Below are positions 8,865 to 19,556 of a DNA stretch of 64,000 bases, piece after piece (the stretch's first letter is position 1; every line of letters begins with the position of its first letter). The position numbers and the translations under genes are program-made. The notes beneath the pieces were generated by a model. That model made no database searches and was not told the origin of the DNA. It saw only the letters and a list, made by a program, of their open reading frames with translations. Origin of the DNA: Turneriella sp. (lineage in GTDB: Bacteria; Spirochaetota; Leptospiria; Turneriellales; Turneriellaceae); the NCBI GenBank assembly GCA_965279515.1, contig CBDIID010000003.1, forward strand, positions 256,001 to 320,000. Reading direction: 5' to 3'.

Positions 8865-11270
8865 TCAAAAATTCATCCCTAGACCCAGCCGCATCGTGCG
8901 CTGGATGCCCTGCTCAACAGGGTCGCGGTATGCCGTACCGACCATGACGTACTCCGCCAACTCGGTGCGGGAATTTAGCAGGTTATAGATGTCCAGAAAT
9001 GCCCAGGCAGTATTGCCGAACAGAACCGCGTCATAACGCAGCCTTAAATCCCATGCGAGAGAGTAGGTGTGGCGCCCGACGCCACTGAGGCCGCCGCCGC
9101 GCTCTTCGGTCGGCACGAGGATTGGCCCCTGCGCGAGGCCGGTCACAACCTGATAGCCCGCCATTGCCTGGCCGTCGCGGTAGCGCAAAACATTACTTAC
9201 TGTAAAGACTTTGGCAAAACGGCGGCCAAAGATAATTTTACCCAGATAACCGCGGTCGTTGTCGAGCCGGCCAAAACGGGTTTCACGGAAGTTGGGGTCG
9301 GCCGTACCTTCGTTGTAGGCCCCGGTGTCGTTATAGAAAGCATTGAGACCCTGCGGCGAATAACCCGCGCCGTAATAGCCGCCGATCGAACCCCTGAAAA
9401 TCCAGTCACCCGAAGAAGGTGCTTTCGCAATGGTGATTTCGATATGGGCGTAGTAGGCGTCCTTGTCGGAGTTCCTGAGTTCATAGAGCTCACTGCCCGT
9501 ACCGGTCTTATTATAGACTGCGACCGAACCTCCTGCAGTGCTTGAGGTAAAGGCCGGCGAGGAGCCGTCGGCATAACGCACTTCGAAGAGCTTGCGGTAG
9601 ATGCGGCCGTTAAAATTCAACTGCAGCAGCCAATGCTGCCATCCCGTATAACCGAAATTCAGATTGAGTTCTTCTTTTTGCGGCGCCTGCAGATTGCCGC
9701 CGATGCGGTGGTATTTGCCGCCCGTCTGTGTGCCCTGCGAAAGCTCGCCGGTGTCGACGACACCGTTGCCGTTCGCATCTGCCCAATTATAACGTTTGCC
9801 GCTCAGCGAATCGGAGTTCAGGTAAGAGACCTCCTGGAGCGTAAAACCCAGGGTGTCGTGGAGTACGCCGCCGCCTAGGAAAAAATTCGAGCCGCCGAGG
9901 TAGGTTTGCCCCCTGAGGTTGCCGGCAGGATGCACAAAACCGAGCTTGGTGCCGGCATCGGTAAAACCCCAGTCGATATGGCCGTTCACACCTGCCGAAA
10001 ATTCCGAGCGGGCCGATTTTTTGACGGCGCGCAAAAAGGGCTGCCAGCGCATCAGGTAATTTGCCTCAGAAGAGGCTCCGTCATAAAGCGTGGCAGCCAG
10101 TGCTGAATTGTTCAGGGTTTCTGTCAGCTGATCGGCTGGTGGCCTCTGCCTGCGGTGCTCAAATTCAACGCGCGAATTGATGCCATATTCGATCGGGATG
10201 AGATCCCAGGGGATCTTCTTAAACCCCGAACCATCGATGAACATCGTATGCACGTTATCAGGCAGGAAGGCTGGCGCCTGGTATGGCGTGTCCGTGACCG
10301 AGCGCGTGAGGGCATTGGAGTTGAGGTCGGTTTGCCGGTAGGCATAACCCCAGGCTAGCGCACCTTCCGCTTTCGGTGAAGAAAAGTTATACTGCGCGAG
10401 CAAAGAGTATTGCCCGCTTTTCAAGGTCTGCGATTCTTTAAAGAAATATTCAGCGCCCAGGTTCGTGCGCGAGCGCGCCTGCAAGGCAAAATGCAGGGAA
10501 TCATTGGGTAGCCAGCTGGGATTTAGACCAGCGAGGACTGTACCTTCACCCGCAGTTTCCGGCGTACCGAGGTTATTGAAGTTACGGCGCGCGAGGTAGC
10601 CGTCAGCGAACAGAAAGCCTGTCCGCTGGTCTTTGCCGCCCAAACTGATGAGCGCATTGCCTTCAAAGGAGCCGGCCGCAAAGCCACGCGCGGTCGTGGG
10701 CGCTCCCCAGTCGCTGGCCGGTTCACGGTCAGCCGCAGCGCGGGGAATGAAGGATGGTCCACCCAGGGGAATCGGCATAGAGAACTGCACCGAGTTTGTT
10801 GCCTCGGAAACCTTTAACGGGTTCAAATGGATGCCGTTTTTCTCTGTGTTCGCGGAAAGGTACTTTTCGGCCATCAAGCTATCTAGTATACCGATCGGTA
10901 GGTATAAGAGCGGTTCCCCTGGCTTGCCCGGGTTAGAAATGTTCGCGCCGCCGAAATACCAACGCTGCCATTTATAGGATTCACCCAGCATGGAGATCTG
11001 CACGTTTTCGGCGCGGGCAAACCCCCCGGTATCGGTATTTGCCAGCACCGCGGGCTGGAACATGAATTCCAAAAGCGAAGCCGCATGGTTGCCGTTGGGT
11101 AAATCCTTCACCTCTGCTTTAGTTAATGACCAGCTTTTTGGCAGTGCAGACCCTTCTGTAGGTGTTACAGGGGCCGATTTGTCAGGGACACCTGCCTGCG
11201 CCCGCATTGCAGTTGAGGCTGCAAACAGGCATACCAGAATTTTTGCCGAGGTAAATCCGCCTTTAGCCAT
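8865..11270 (-). CDS. Outer-membrane beta-barrel protein, TonB-dependent-receptor-like
   Basis: Signal peptide, about 800 aa of amphipathic strands, C-terminal DIYNLLN...RLGLGMNF. Confidence 0.7.
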   Translation of the reverse strand: MAKGGFTSAKILVCLFAASTAMRAQAGVPDKSAPVTPTEGSALPKSWSLTKAEVKDLPNGNHAASLLEFMFQPAVLANTDTGGFARAENVQISMLGESYKWQRWYFGGANISNPGKPGEPLLYLPIGILDSLMAEKYLSANTEKNGIHLNPLKVSEATNSVQFSMPIPLGGPSFIPRAAADREPASDWGAPTTARGFAAGSFEGNALISLGGKDQRTGFLFADGYLARRNFNNLGTPETAGEGTVLAGLNPSWLPNDSLHFALQARSRTNLGAEYFFKESQTLKSGQYSLLAQYNFSSPKAEGALAWGYAYRQTDLNSNALTRSVTDTPYQAPAFLPDNVHTMFIDGSGFKKIPWDLIPIEYGINSRVEFEHRRQRPPADQLTETLNNSALAATLYDGASSEANYLMRWQPFLRAVKKSARSEFSAGVNGHIDWGFTDAGTKLGFVHPAGNLRGQTYLGGSNFFLGGGVLHDTLGFTLQEVSYLNSDSLSGKRYNWADANGNGVVDTGELSQGTQTGGKYHRIGGNLQAPQKEELNLNFGYTGWQHWLLQLNFNGRIYRKLFEVRYADGSSPAFTSSTAGGSVAVYNKTGTGSELYELRNSDKDAYYAHIEITIAKAPSSGDWIFRGSIGGYYGAGYSPQGLNAFYNDTGAYNEGTADPNFRETRFGRLDNDRGYLGKIIFGRRFAKVFTVSNVLRYRDGQAMAGYQVVTGLAQGPILVPTEERGGGLSGVGRHTYSLAWDLRLRYDAVLFGNTAWAFLDIYNLLNSRTELAEYVMVGTAYRDPVEQGIQRTMRLGLGMNF

Positions 11271-12240
11271 GCCCAGCCCCCTGCGCGAGATTATTTTGAT
11301 GGAAAGTCTGCCAAATGGTATTATCGATCGAAATCATTTCAGAGCGGAAGTGTTCGAATTTCTCAAAATTCTGCATCTGCTGCGCGTGGATGATGAGCAT
11401 CGCCAGCAGCTGCAACAGGCGCGGTTCAAAAGCCTTTTTATGGATGCGGGCCCCCGCGTATTCCTGCCGCAGGCGCTGGTATTCGCCCTCGAGTTGGCGG
11501 GCCTCATCGACCTTGAGCTTGCGGCGGTGGCGGTAGACGCCATTGACTTCGAGCAGCAACGCATAGATACGCTCGCGGATGCCGCCGCCGTCGCCATAAC
11601 CTTCTTCATGCACTAGTTTCATCATTTCCTGAAAAATGCCGCCCGGCATAAATTCGGGATACTCAGAGACCACTTCGGGCCTCAGGTACAGTGCCTCGCG
11701 GTAGTGCTCGAAAAAGCCCTGCTCGTTACCCGTCATATTCGCCGCATGCGCCGCCATGTAATGTGCACCCGCATGCGAGGGATGGTTGGTTAGGATAAAA
11801 TTCAGGACTTCGCGGGCTGAGGTGAAATTGGCGATGATGAGGAGGGAATAAGCGAGCTGCATGAGGTCCTTGAGTTGCAGCTGGTAGCTTTTCTGCCCCG
11901 CGAGATCGCGGGCAAAGTTGTCAGCGATCTGCGCATGGCAGAGCATCACGGCCGCGCGCCGTATCGGTGAGACATAACTTGCATTAATTAAATCGGCGAG
12001 CGCCGCTTCAAAGGCCCGGCCGCGGTCCATACCCGGTGCGAGGTTTGCGAGCCGCTCGCTGCGGTGCAGAAAATAACGGGCGATTTCATGCGCTTCTTCG
12101 GCTTCGGCTTTCTCGGGCGTGGTGTCAAGGCTCGTACCTGCGGGTAGCTGCTGCAACCAGGCCTCGGCGAGCGATGCCGCGCGCGAAAAATTTCCGGTCA
12201 GGATTTCATCTGCAATCGCCTGTGCGTGTGATACGTCCAC
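11263..12240 (-). CDS. TPR-containing hypothetical protein
   Basis: Helical repeats (AHYMAA...YREALYLRPE); overlaps the start of the barrel gene. Confidence 0.7.
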   Translation of the reverse strand: MDVSHAQAIADEILTGNFSRAASLAEAWLQQLPAGTSLDTTPEKAEAEEAHEIARYFLHRSERLANLAPGMDRGRAFEAALADLINASYVSPIRRAAVMLCHAQIADNFARDLAGQKSYQLQLKDLMQLAYSLLIIANFTSAREVLNFILTNHPSHAGAHYMAAHAANMTGNEQGFFEHYREALYLRPEVVSEYPEFMPGGIFQEMMKLVHEEGYGDGGGIRERIYALLLEVNGVYRHRRKLKVDEARQLEGEYQRLRQEYAGARIHKKAFEPRLLQLLAMLIIHAQQMQNFEKFEHFRSEMISIDNTIWQTFHQNNLAQGAGHG

Positions 12241-12288
12241 AGGCGGGCAGGGTACATATTAAAGAGGGGACGTAAAGGGATACCGCGG

Positions 12289-12843
12289 TTAAGCCACAGC
12301 GCTTAACGGGGGTGGCCAGGGGTTTATTTGGGTTTTTTCGGAATAATTCAGCATCTGGTCGTCGTTTCTGAATGTCACTGCCTCATAGCTAATAATGAAA
12401 TCGGAGCGATGCTTCCTGCTTTCATATTTTTTTCGCCAAACCTGCGTCTTGCCCTTGTCATCGTCAGCATAGGAAAACCTGAGCCAATACTCCACTACTC
12501 GCTGCAGGTAGCACGTGATTGCGAAATCCATAAGCCGCGATAATGACATGCCCGAATAATGGCAGCGTGCCTGAGCCACGGAACGGAGTGCCTCAGTCGT
12601 ATACAAAGGAACAATTACATAGATACCGCGGCGCCCGTTGTATTTTCTGTTGCGACCAGCCATATTTCCATGGCCACGCCAGAGTTTCAGAGCGATCCGC
12701 AAGCATTCCCTCATCAGGCGTTGTTCCGAAAAATTGATGCCACAATCGCTGAGGCTTTTAATACCCCTTGCAAGTTCTTGCCGTGTGGAACTACGCAGCG
12801 TTACGGAGGTGGACCGTGCGGCTGATATATCGATATGCCTCAT
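12289..12843 (-). CDS. Hypothetical basic protein, possibly DNA-binding (ribbon-helix-helix-like)
   Basis: Basic; the SGMSLSRLMDFAI segment resembles RHH helices. Confidence 0.55.
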   Translation of the reverse strand: MRHIDISAARSTSVTLRSSTRQELARGIKSLSDCGINFSEQRLMRECLRIALKLWRGHGNMAGRNRKYNGRRGIYVIVPLYTTEALRSVAQARCHYSGMSLSRLMDFAITCYLQRVVEYWLRFSYADDDKGKTQVWRKKYESRKHRSDFIISYEAVTFRNDDQMLNYSEKTQINPWPPPLSAVA

Positions 12844-12890
12844 ATAAAGGAAATACCGGAAAACTGCTCTATTTTCTCACAATTTCAGCA

Positions 12891-14147
12891 CTAAATGTAA
12901 ACCAACCGGCATTTGCGCATGAGCAGCGGGAGAAACTCGGATCTCCCGGCACCGCGTTCCCTTTCCCAGCCGACGAACCCCAGGAACTTGCGCGCGCGCG
13001 TCAGCGCCACATACAAAATCCGCACCTCTTCGTCCGAGTCGTTATCACGGTGCGGAAGAATATGCTCGGAAACTCCAAACACGATCACGTTATCGAATTC
13101 CAGGCCTTTGCTTTTGTGGATCGTCAGGATTTCAAAATTTTCGGGCAAATCTTTCTCCAGCAGGATGCGGATTGCATTCGTGCGTACCAGCACGGTAACT
13201 TTCGGGTGAATCGCCGAAAATCTTCTTTGCCAGAGTTTCAAAAACCGGGACCAGACAGTGCCAACCGCATCATTGTGAGTTCCGAAAAACAAGACGGGCT
13301 TATGGTATGCCGGGTGCGTTGCGCGCAGCTCTTTTTTAACAAAACTACCCGATTCCTGGATAACGCGGTTTCCCAGCTTCACAATGGGCTTGCCACTACG
13401 GTAATTACGGATCAGGTAGGTTCGGGCGGAATCCTTAAAATGCGAAAGGAAGTTTTGTGTAATGCTCACGTCAGCGCCGCGGAACCGGTAGATACTCTGC
13501 CAGTCATCGCCGACGACAAAAAGTTTCTTCGGCTTTAACGAACGAATGAAATCGACCTGGTCGGGTGAAGTATCCTGGAACTCGTCGACGAACACCACAT
13601 CGAATTTACCCTCGGCAAGTCTGCCTGCCGTGGCGCTTAAAATCATACCATCAAAATCAATTTGCTTTGTTTCGTCCAAATGTTCTGCGTATTTATTGTG
13701 CAGGAGATTTGCCTGAGAAGAATCCAGAAAGCCGCCCGAGAGTAGAATCTTCTCCGGGATATGCCCGAACTCCGGGAACAGTGCTCGCGCAATGCCACCG
13801 CGTTTGGCGGTTGCCTGCAGAAGCAATTTGGGCGGATTTCCCCGTTCACGAATGGCCTTCCACGCCAGGGCATGCATGGTTCCGCAATAGCCTGGTGTCA
13901 CATGGTGTTTCTCAAAGCGCTCCCGCAGCTCATGCGCCGCGCGGCGGGAAAAGGTGATGACGGCAATGCGGTTAGCGGCATAGCCGCTTTCAATTGCCGC
14001 GAAGACTGCAGCGACCAGCGTTGTCGTCTTACCACTGCCGGCTCCGGCGATGACCTGAAGTGCTGCAGTCTCGCTTTGCCAAAGGCGCGATGCGGCTGAT
14101 GCCTGTTCCTTATTGAGTGAGGAAAAAATTTCGTCGGGAGTAGCCAC
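12891..14147 (-). CDS. Short UvrD/Rep-family SF1 helicase
   Basis: AGAGSGKT, TFSRRAA, DEFQD, VGDDWQSIYRFRGA, NYRS, TIHKSKGLEFD, YVALTRA. Confidence 0.93.
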   Translation of the reverse strand: MATPDEIFSSLNKEQASAASRLWQSETAALQVIAGAGSGKTTTLVAAVFAAIESGYAANRIAVITFSRRAAHELRERFEKHHVTPGYCGTMHALAWKAIRERGNPPKLLLQATAKRGGIARALFPEFGHIPEKILLSGGFLDSSQANLLHNKYAEHLDETKQIDFDGMILSATAGRLAEGKFDVVFVDEFQDTSPDQVDFIRSLKPKKLFVVGDDWQSIYRFRGADVSITQNFLSHFKDSARTYLIRNYRSGKPIVKLGNRVIQESGSFVKKELRATHPAYHKPVLFFGTHNDAVGTVWSRFLKLWQRRFSAIHPKVTVLVRTNAIRILLEKDLPENFEILTIHKSKGLEFDNVIVFGVSEHILPHRDNDSDEEVRILYVALTRARKFLGFVGWERERGAGRSEFLPLLMRKCRLVYI

Positions 14148-14150
14148 GGG

Positions 14151-15059
14151 TCAACGCGGGATCTCCTCGAGATGGTGGATGACCCTTTCGGCGATATTGA
14201 CCCCGCTCGCGCCTTCGATGCCTTCGAGACCGGGGGAGGCATTGACCTCGAGCACCATCGGGCCGCGCTTGGATTCGATGAGGTCGACCCCCGCAAAGGT
14301 TAATCCCAAGATGCGCGCCGCGAGTTTTACCGTACGCGTCGCTTCAATGGAGAGTTCGACCTTTTCAGAAAGTGCGCCGCGGTGGATGTTTGAGCGGAAA
14401 TCATAACCCGTCGCCTGGCGGCGCATCGCGGCAATGAGATTGCCGTTGAGTATAATGGCGCGGTAGTCGGCGCCGCGTGCCTCGGCGATGAATTCCTGCA
14501 CGATCATCTGCACACCCTGATCGAGCAGGGCTTCGATAAAGCTGCGCGCGGCAGTTTTTGAATCGGCAATCATGACACCTGTGCCCTGCGAGCCCGTAGG
14601 TATTTTCAGAATGTAGGGAGGATCACCAATTTTTTCGAAGGCGGTATCGATATGGAGTGGGTCGTCGATGAGTACACTGCGCGGCACGGCGATTTTGTTT
14701 TGCGCGAGAATCTGCATGGTAACAAATTTGTCGCGGCAGCGCGTCATGGGATGGCTCGCATTCAGCGATTTGACATGCATCATTTCATAATGGCGGATGA
14801 TCGCCAGCGTATGTTCGGGTTTTTTCTGCCCTAAACGTGGTATGATGCAGTGCGGGGTCTCAATCTTTTGATCGGTATAATAGAGTTCGAGGGCATTGCG
14901 TTCAAGATAGGCCGACATCTGTATCGGCGGGTAGACGCGCATTTTATGACCGCGCTTGAATCCTTCTTCAAAGAAGCGCCGCGTCGAATAGAGCGTGCGG
15001 GCATTCGATAAAATATGAATCGTCAGCGGGTTCGCGTTGGGTCGCGATTCAAGCGTCAC
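14151..15059 (-). CDS. rimK: RimK-family ATP-grasp alpha-L-glutamate ligase
   Basis: YSTRR, RDK, GSQGTGV, QEFIAEA, FRSNIHRG, GVDLI and EVNASPGLEGIE. Confidence 0.92.
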   Translation of the reverse strand: MTLESRPNANPLTIHILSNARTLYSTRRFFEEGFKRGHKMRVYPPIQMSAYLERNALELYYTDQKIETPHCIIPRLGQKKPEHTLAIIRHYEMMHVKSLNASHPMTRCRDKFVTMQILAQNKIAVPRSVLIDDPLHIDTAFEKIGDPPYILKIPTGSQGTGVMIADSKTAARSFIEALLDQGVQMIVQEFIAEARGADYRAIILNGNLIAAMRRQATGYDFRSNIHRGALSEKVELSIEATRTVKLAARILGLTFAGVDLIESKRGPMVLEVNASPGLEGIEGASGVNIAERVIHHLEEIPR

Positions 15060-15150
15060 GCGATAGAGAAAAATATTTATTCAGTGTGCAAAGTTATAAT
15101 CGGAAATCCCCGAACTGTCGACGCGGTGTTTCGGTTTAAAAATAGGCGTT

Positions 15151-15828
15151 ATGGCAAAAAAAGCAGAATTTCCCGCCCCGTGGCGGCTGACCGGCAGCGG
15201 CGTCATTATTTTTTTCCCTGCACATAAGAAGAACGTGTTGGCATCGCCGGCACTGGGTGCTGATAATGCCGAAAGTTTCCGGGGTGGGGCGGGGGCTGTC
15301 ATGCTGGTGCGTTATCTCGACGCCGATTGCGGTCCCTATGACGAATTGCTCTACATACCGGGCTTTTTCGAACACAAGAACAAGACTTACCTGCGTATTA
15401 CGAAAATTTTTGTTTCCAGCAAAGAATCCGTGGAATGGGGCCGGCGCAACTGGGCGATACCCAAAGAACTCGCGGATTTTGACTGGCGCCAGGGCGAAAA
15501 GGAATGGCATATCGATGTGCGTGAGCCCAAGACCGGGAAAAGTATCTACTCGATTTCACTCTCCCCGCGTTTCTTTGCGTTTCCCCTGACCACATCGATT
15601 CTGCCATGGTCGCTTTTGCAGAAGCAGGAAGAAAAATATTCCGGTGGTGAGGAATTTTACCTGGAGACGAAACTTCAGGGTAAGGGCAGCGCAAAGATCT
15701 GCTTCATCGACCGTGTCGAAGGCTCGCGCGAATTTCCCGACTACCATGAAATGTCTCATGGGCCACGCATCGCTTTTGCCGTGAACCCTTTCGAAATGAC
15801 ATTTCCCGTCGCCCAGAAAATCCGCTAA
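15151..15828 (+). CDS. Acetoacetate decarboxylase-family protein
   Basis: PAPWRL, GPYDEL and GRRNWAIPKELADF motifs. Confidence 0.82.
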   Translation: MAKKAEFPAPWRLTGSGVIIFFPAHKKNVLASPALGADNAESFRGGAGAVMLVRYLDADCGPYDELLYIPGFFEHKNKTYLRITKIFVSSKESVEWGRRNWAIPKELADFDWRQGEKEWHIDVREPKTGKSIYSISLSPRFFAFPLTTSILPWSLLQKQEEKYSGGEEFYLETKLQGKGSAKICFIDRVEGSREFPDYHEMSHGPRIAFAVNPFEMTFPVAQKIR

Positions 15829-15836
15829 CACGTTTG

Positions 15837-16742
15837 ATGCAAACCCGCGGCAGAATCCTGGGGATCGATATCGGTGCCACGACGGTGAAGTACGCGGCCC
15901 TGGATGCAGAGGGCAAATTAGGCCCGCGATCGGTACTGCCGATCGCGGCAGCGAGCAACGCGGATTTTGTCGCCCAGCTCGCCGGCATTATCGCGGAAGC
16001 ATCATTTGTCGATTGCGGCCGTATCGGTATCGGCTCTCCCGGCCCCCTCGATACCGAAGCGGGAACGATTATCGCCTCGGCGAATATGCCCAACGTCAAG
16101 GACTGTAAAGTAGTGCCGGAACTAAAAAAGCTTTTTCCGCAAAAGGAAATCCGCCTCGATAATGATGCCAATGCGGCGACACTCGGCGAGAAATTTTTCG
16201 GCGCAGGCAAGAACATTGCGAACTTTGCGGTGTTCACTCTCGGCACCGGTGTAGGTGGGGGGTGTGTCTATGAACATCAACTCTACCAGGGTTATAACGG
16301 AAATTTTTTTGAAGTCGGTCATATTCCTGTGGCGGGGCTCATGGGGCAGGCGCGGCTTTGCGGCTGCGGTAACCGCGGCTGCCTCGAAACGTATGCCTCT
16401 GCCACCGGGGTTGCGACGAGTTATAAAGAAGCAAAGGGGGAGCTACTCAGTGCGGAAGAGATTGCTCGCCGTGCGCATGCGGGCGATGCCGCCGCGCTCC
16501 ATGCCTATACGCTGGCGGCAAAGGCGCTGGGCATTGCGGCTGCCACGATTACACAGCTCATGAATATTACCGACTTTATTTTTACCGGCGGCATGGCTGC
16601 AGCAGAAGCTTTGCTTAAGCCGGAGATCAAAAAGACCTATCTTGCTCATACTTTTCCGCTGTTTCATCCGCTGATGAAATTCACGTTTACACAGGGCGAC
16701 GAAAATGCGGGTATCTGCGGGGCAGCCGCGCTGTTCCTCTAA
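15837..16742 (+). CDS. ROK-family sugar kinase (glucokinase-like)
   Basis: GIDIGAT, NDANAA, TLGTGVGGG, EVGH and CGCGNRGCLE. Confidence 0.93.
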   Translation: MQTRGRILGIDIGATTVKYAALDAEGKLGPRSVLPIAAASNADFVAQLAGIIAEASFVDCGRIGIGSPGPLDTEAGTIIASANMPNVKDCKVVPELKKLFPQKEIRLDNDANAATLGEKFFGAGKNIANFAVFTLGTGVGGGCVYEHQLYQGYNGNFFEVGHIPVAGLMGQARLCGCGNRGCLETYASATGVATSYKEAKGELLSAEEIARRAHAGDAAALHAYTLAAKALGIAAATITQLMNITDFIFTGGMAAAEALLKPEIKKTYLAHTFPLFHPLMKFTFTQGDENAGICGAAALFL

Positions 16743-16746
16743 CATT

Positions 16747-17199
16747 ATGGAATACATCTTAAATTACTGGATCTGGCTCGGCCTCGGTGTCGTGCTCGTC
16801 ATGCTCGAGTTTTTTATCCCGGGTCTGTTCGTGATATTTCTGGGGCTGGGGGCAGCGATTACCGCGGGCATGCTCTACACACGTTACCTGACCGACGCCT
16901 ATCTCACGGTGATTTTTTTTTCGGTGACTTCGGTCTTCATGCTCATGACGCTGCGCCGCATCGTGCTTCGTTTTTTTCCCTCGCTCAGCGAAAAGTCTGA
17001 AACCGACGAAGATGTGCTGATTGCCGGAAAAAGCGCCGAAACCATCAGTGAAGTTTATCCCGACCATTTTGGCGGCCGCGTCAAATATTCGGGGACGACA
17101 TGGCCGGCAAAAAGTATCGACGAGGTTATTCCCGCCGGTACAAAAGTCGAGATTATCGGCCGCGAAAATATCAACCTGGTTGTGCGTAAAGTTTCATGA
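16747..17199 (+). CDS. NfeD-family membrane protein
   Basis: TM helices plus an OB-fold C-terminus (GRVKYSGTTWPA); upstream of the SPFH genes. Confidence 0.88.
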   Translation: MEYILNYWIWLGLGVVLVMLEFFIPGLFVIFLGLGAAITAGMLYTRYLTDAYLTVIFFSVTSVFMLMTLRRIVLRFFPSLSEKSETDEDVLIAGKSAETISEVYPDHFGGRVKYSGTTWPAKSIDEVIPAGTKVEIIGRENINLVVRKVS

Positions 17200-17705
17200 T
17201 CCGCGCCGCCGTCTTTGCGAAAATCCGCGGCGCAATATTTGTCGCAGTATTTCTTATTATTCCCCTGGGGAAATCTCCCTATGCCCTCAAGGCGCTCAGT
17301 GAAAACCTGCGCTGCGATGTGCATTTTTTCGAGGCGCACTTTAACTACCCGCCCGGTTACGACAAAAAAAGGGACCAGTGGCTGATGAGCGAAGACATGC
17401 ACAAGGTTTTCACCAAGGCCCCCCTGTCTTCATACGCCTACTTTAAGAAACTCGAAACCGCGCGCTGGCAGCTGACGCTGCTGAAACCCATGCGGCAACA
17501 GCTGCCGTTTCTTGCGCGCTATGAACTGACTTATCTTGAGGCGCGGCTGACGAGTTCAGGCCAGGCGCTCTACCGGTTTGAGCACAAGGTCGGTCACCGC
17601 AAGAGCGTCGAGTTTTCGCTCGATGCTCTCGAGCCTACGGGTATCTTCATTCAACATGCAATTACGCATGACCAGTTTTTGCATTTGACGTGCTCGCCCG
17701 AATAG
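17196..17705 (+). CDS. Hypothetical exported protein
   Basis: ATGA-coupled to nfeD; hydrophobic N-terminus. Confidence 0.6.
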   Translation: MIRAAVFAKIRGAIFVAVFLIIPLGKSPYALKALSENLRCDVHFFEAHFNYPPGYDKKRDQWLMSEDMHKVFTKAPLSSYAYFKKLETARWQLTLLKPMRQQLPFLARYELTYLEARLTSSGQALYRFEHKVGHRKSVEFSLDALEPTGIFIQHAITHDQFLHLTCSPE

Positions 17706-17718
17706 CCAAGGGAGCGTT

Positions 17719-18648
17719 ATGGAAAATTTTATCACGCCGGGCATTTTTGTCCTGTTCATTCTTTTCCTGAGGATGTTCCGCGTGATACCCATGCGCTCGC
17801 TCGCGACCAAGGAACGGCTGGGCGCGTTTAAGGGAGTGCTGAAACCCGGCTTCCATTTTATCGTTCCGTTTATCGACCGCATCTCTTATGTGCACGACGC
17901 GCGCGAACAGGTCATTGATATTCCCAAACAGCGCTGCATCACGCGCGACAACGTCGAGATCGACGTCGATGGCATTGTCTACCTCAAGGTCACCGATGCG
18001 CAGAAGGCCAGCTACGGTATTGGTAATTACCACGCCGCGGTAATTTCCCTCGCACAGACCACGATGCGCTCCGAAATCGGCAAATTGGCGCTCGACGATA
18101 CTTTCCGTGAGCGCGACAAAGTAAATGAGAAGATCGTGCACGAAATCGACAAGGCCTCTGAGCCGTGGGGGATCAAATTCATCCGCTATGAAATACGCTC
18201 GCTCGACCCGTCGGCGAATATGCTGAATACCATGGAAAAACAGATGGAAGCGGAGCGCACCAAGCGCGCCGATATCACGCTGGCGCAGGGTGAAAAACAG
18301 GCGCGCATCAACGTTTCGGAGGGTGAAAAACAAGCTGCCATCAATCTTTCAGAAGGTGAAAAACAGAAGCGCATCAATGAAGCTGAAGGCAAGAGCCGTG
18401 AAATAACGCTCGTCGCCGATGCGTCGGCGATGGGGCTTAAACGTATCGCCGAGGCAATACAGAAGCCCGGGGGCGAGAGCGCCGTGAAGATGCGCATTGT
18501 CGAACAGTTTCTGGAAGAATTCGGCAAAGTCGTTTCGCATGCTAAAATCTCCGTGGTGCCGGGTAAAATCGCGGAGTTGCAGGCCTATTTTCAGGGCCTG
18601 ACGACATTAACTCATGCGGGCGATGCTCCTAAAAGGGTAGAGAAATGA
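17719..18648 (+). CDS. SPFH/stomatin-like (QmcA/paraslipin) protein
   Basis: ERLG, ITRDNV, LAQTTMRSEIG, QMEAERTKRA and AEG repeats. Confidence 0.93.
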   Translation: MENFITPGIFVLFILFLRMFRVIPMRSLATKERLGAFKGVLKPGFHFIVPFIDRISYVHDAREQVIDIPKQRCITRDNVEIDVDGIVYLKVTDAQKASYGIGNYHAAVISLAQTTMRSEIGKLALDDTFRERDKVNEKIVHEIDKASEPWGIKFIRYEIRSLDPSANMLNTMEKQMEAERTKRADITLAQGEKQARINVSEGEKQAAINLSEGEKQKRINEAEGKSREITLVADASAMGLKRIAEAIQKPGGESAVKMRIVEQFLEEFGKVVSHAKISVVPGKIAELQAYFQGLTTLTHAGDAPKRVEK

Positions 18649-19556
18649 ACTATATCAATATTGCCGTCTGGGGCATTCTCTTACTTTATTTTCTCATAAA
18701 ACTCGTCGCTTCGGTGCGCATCATTCCCCCCCGCGTCGCGGCGGTTGTAGAACGGCTGGGTAAGTATCACAAAACCCTGCTCAGCGGTTTTCACGTGCTT
18801 CTTCCCTTCATCGATAAGGTCACGTTCATTCAGGATCTCAAAGAAGAAGCAATTCCGGTGCCGCCGCAGGATTGTTTTACCCACGACAACGTCAAAGTCG
18901 AGGTCGATGGCGTGATCTATATGATGGTGACAGACCCGGTGCTCGCCAGCTACGGAGTCACAGACTTCAGGCTTGCATCGATTCAGCTGGCACAAACGAC
19001 GATCCGCTCGGTGATGGGTACGCTCGAACTCGACCGCACATTTGAGGAGCGCGAAGTCATCAACCAGAAGATCGTCAGCGTCCTTTCAGAAGTGGGACAA
19101 ACCTGGGGCATACGTGTCTTGCGTTACGAGATCAAGAATATTGTGCCGCCGGTTTCGGTCAAAAATGCCATGGAGCGGCAAATGACTGCCGAGCGCGAAC
19201 GCCGCGCTGTGATCGCACGCAGCGAAGGCGACATGCAATCAAAGATCAACAGCTCCGAAGGTCTCAAGGCCGAGCTTGTCAACAGGTCTGAAGGTGAAAA
19301 ACAACGCCGCATCAACGAAGCCGAAGGGCGCGCAAAAGAGATCGAGGCGCTCGCCACGGCGACTGCGCAGGCGATTGAAACCGTGGCAGCCGCCGTCAAA
19401 ACACCGGGTGGCGATCAGGCGATGTCGCTGCGCCTAACGGAATCGTATCTGAGTAAACTTTCGGGCCTGGCCCGTAAAGACGCGACGGTGATTCTGCCTT
19501 CGGATCTCACGCGCCTTGATGAACAGCTGGCGGCATTGGGTCTGAAAAAACCATGA
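18645..19556 (+). CDS. SPFH/stomatin-like protein, second paralogue
   Basis: Same motif set (VERLGKY, THDNV, LAQTTIRSVMG, QMTAERERRA). Confidence 0.93.
   Translation: MNYINIAVWGILLLYFLIKLVASVRIIPPRVAAVVERLGKYHKTLLSGFHVLLPFIDKVTFIQDLKEEAIPVPPQDCFTHDNVKVEVDGVIYMMVTDPVLASYGVTDFRLASIQLAQTTIRSVMGTLELDRTFEEREVINQKIVSVLSEVGQTWGIRVLRYEIKNIVPPVSVKNAMERQMTAERERRAVIARSEGDMQSKINSSEGLKAELVNRSEGEKQRRINEAEGRAKEIEALATATAQAIETVAAAVKTPGGDQAMSLRLTESYLSKLSGLARKDATVILPSDLTRLDEQLAALGLKKP

Noticed and set aside
12768..13538. 256-aa plus-strand ORF
   Set aside because: Antisense to the well-supported UvrD-like gene.
16747..19556. NfeD plus tandem SPFH genes as a novel system
   Set aside because: nfeD-SPFH clusters are a well-known, widespread arrangement.
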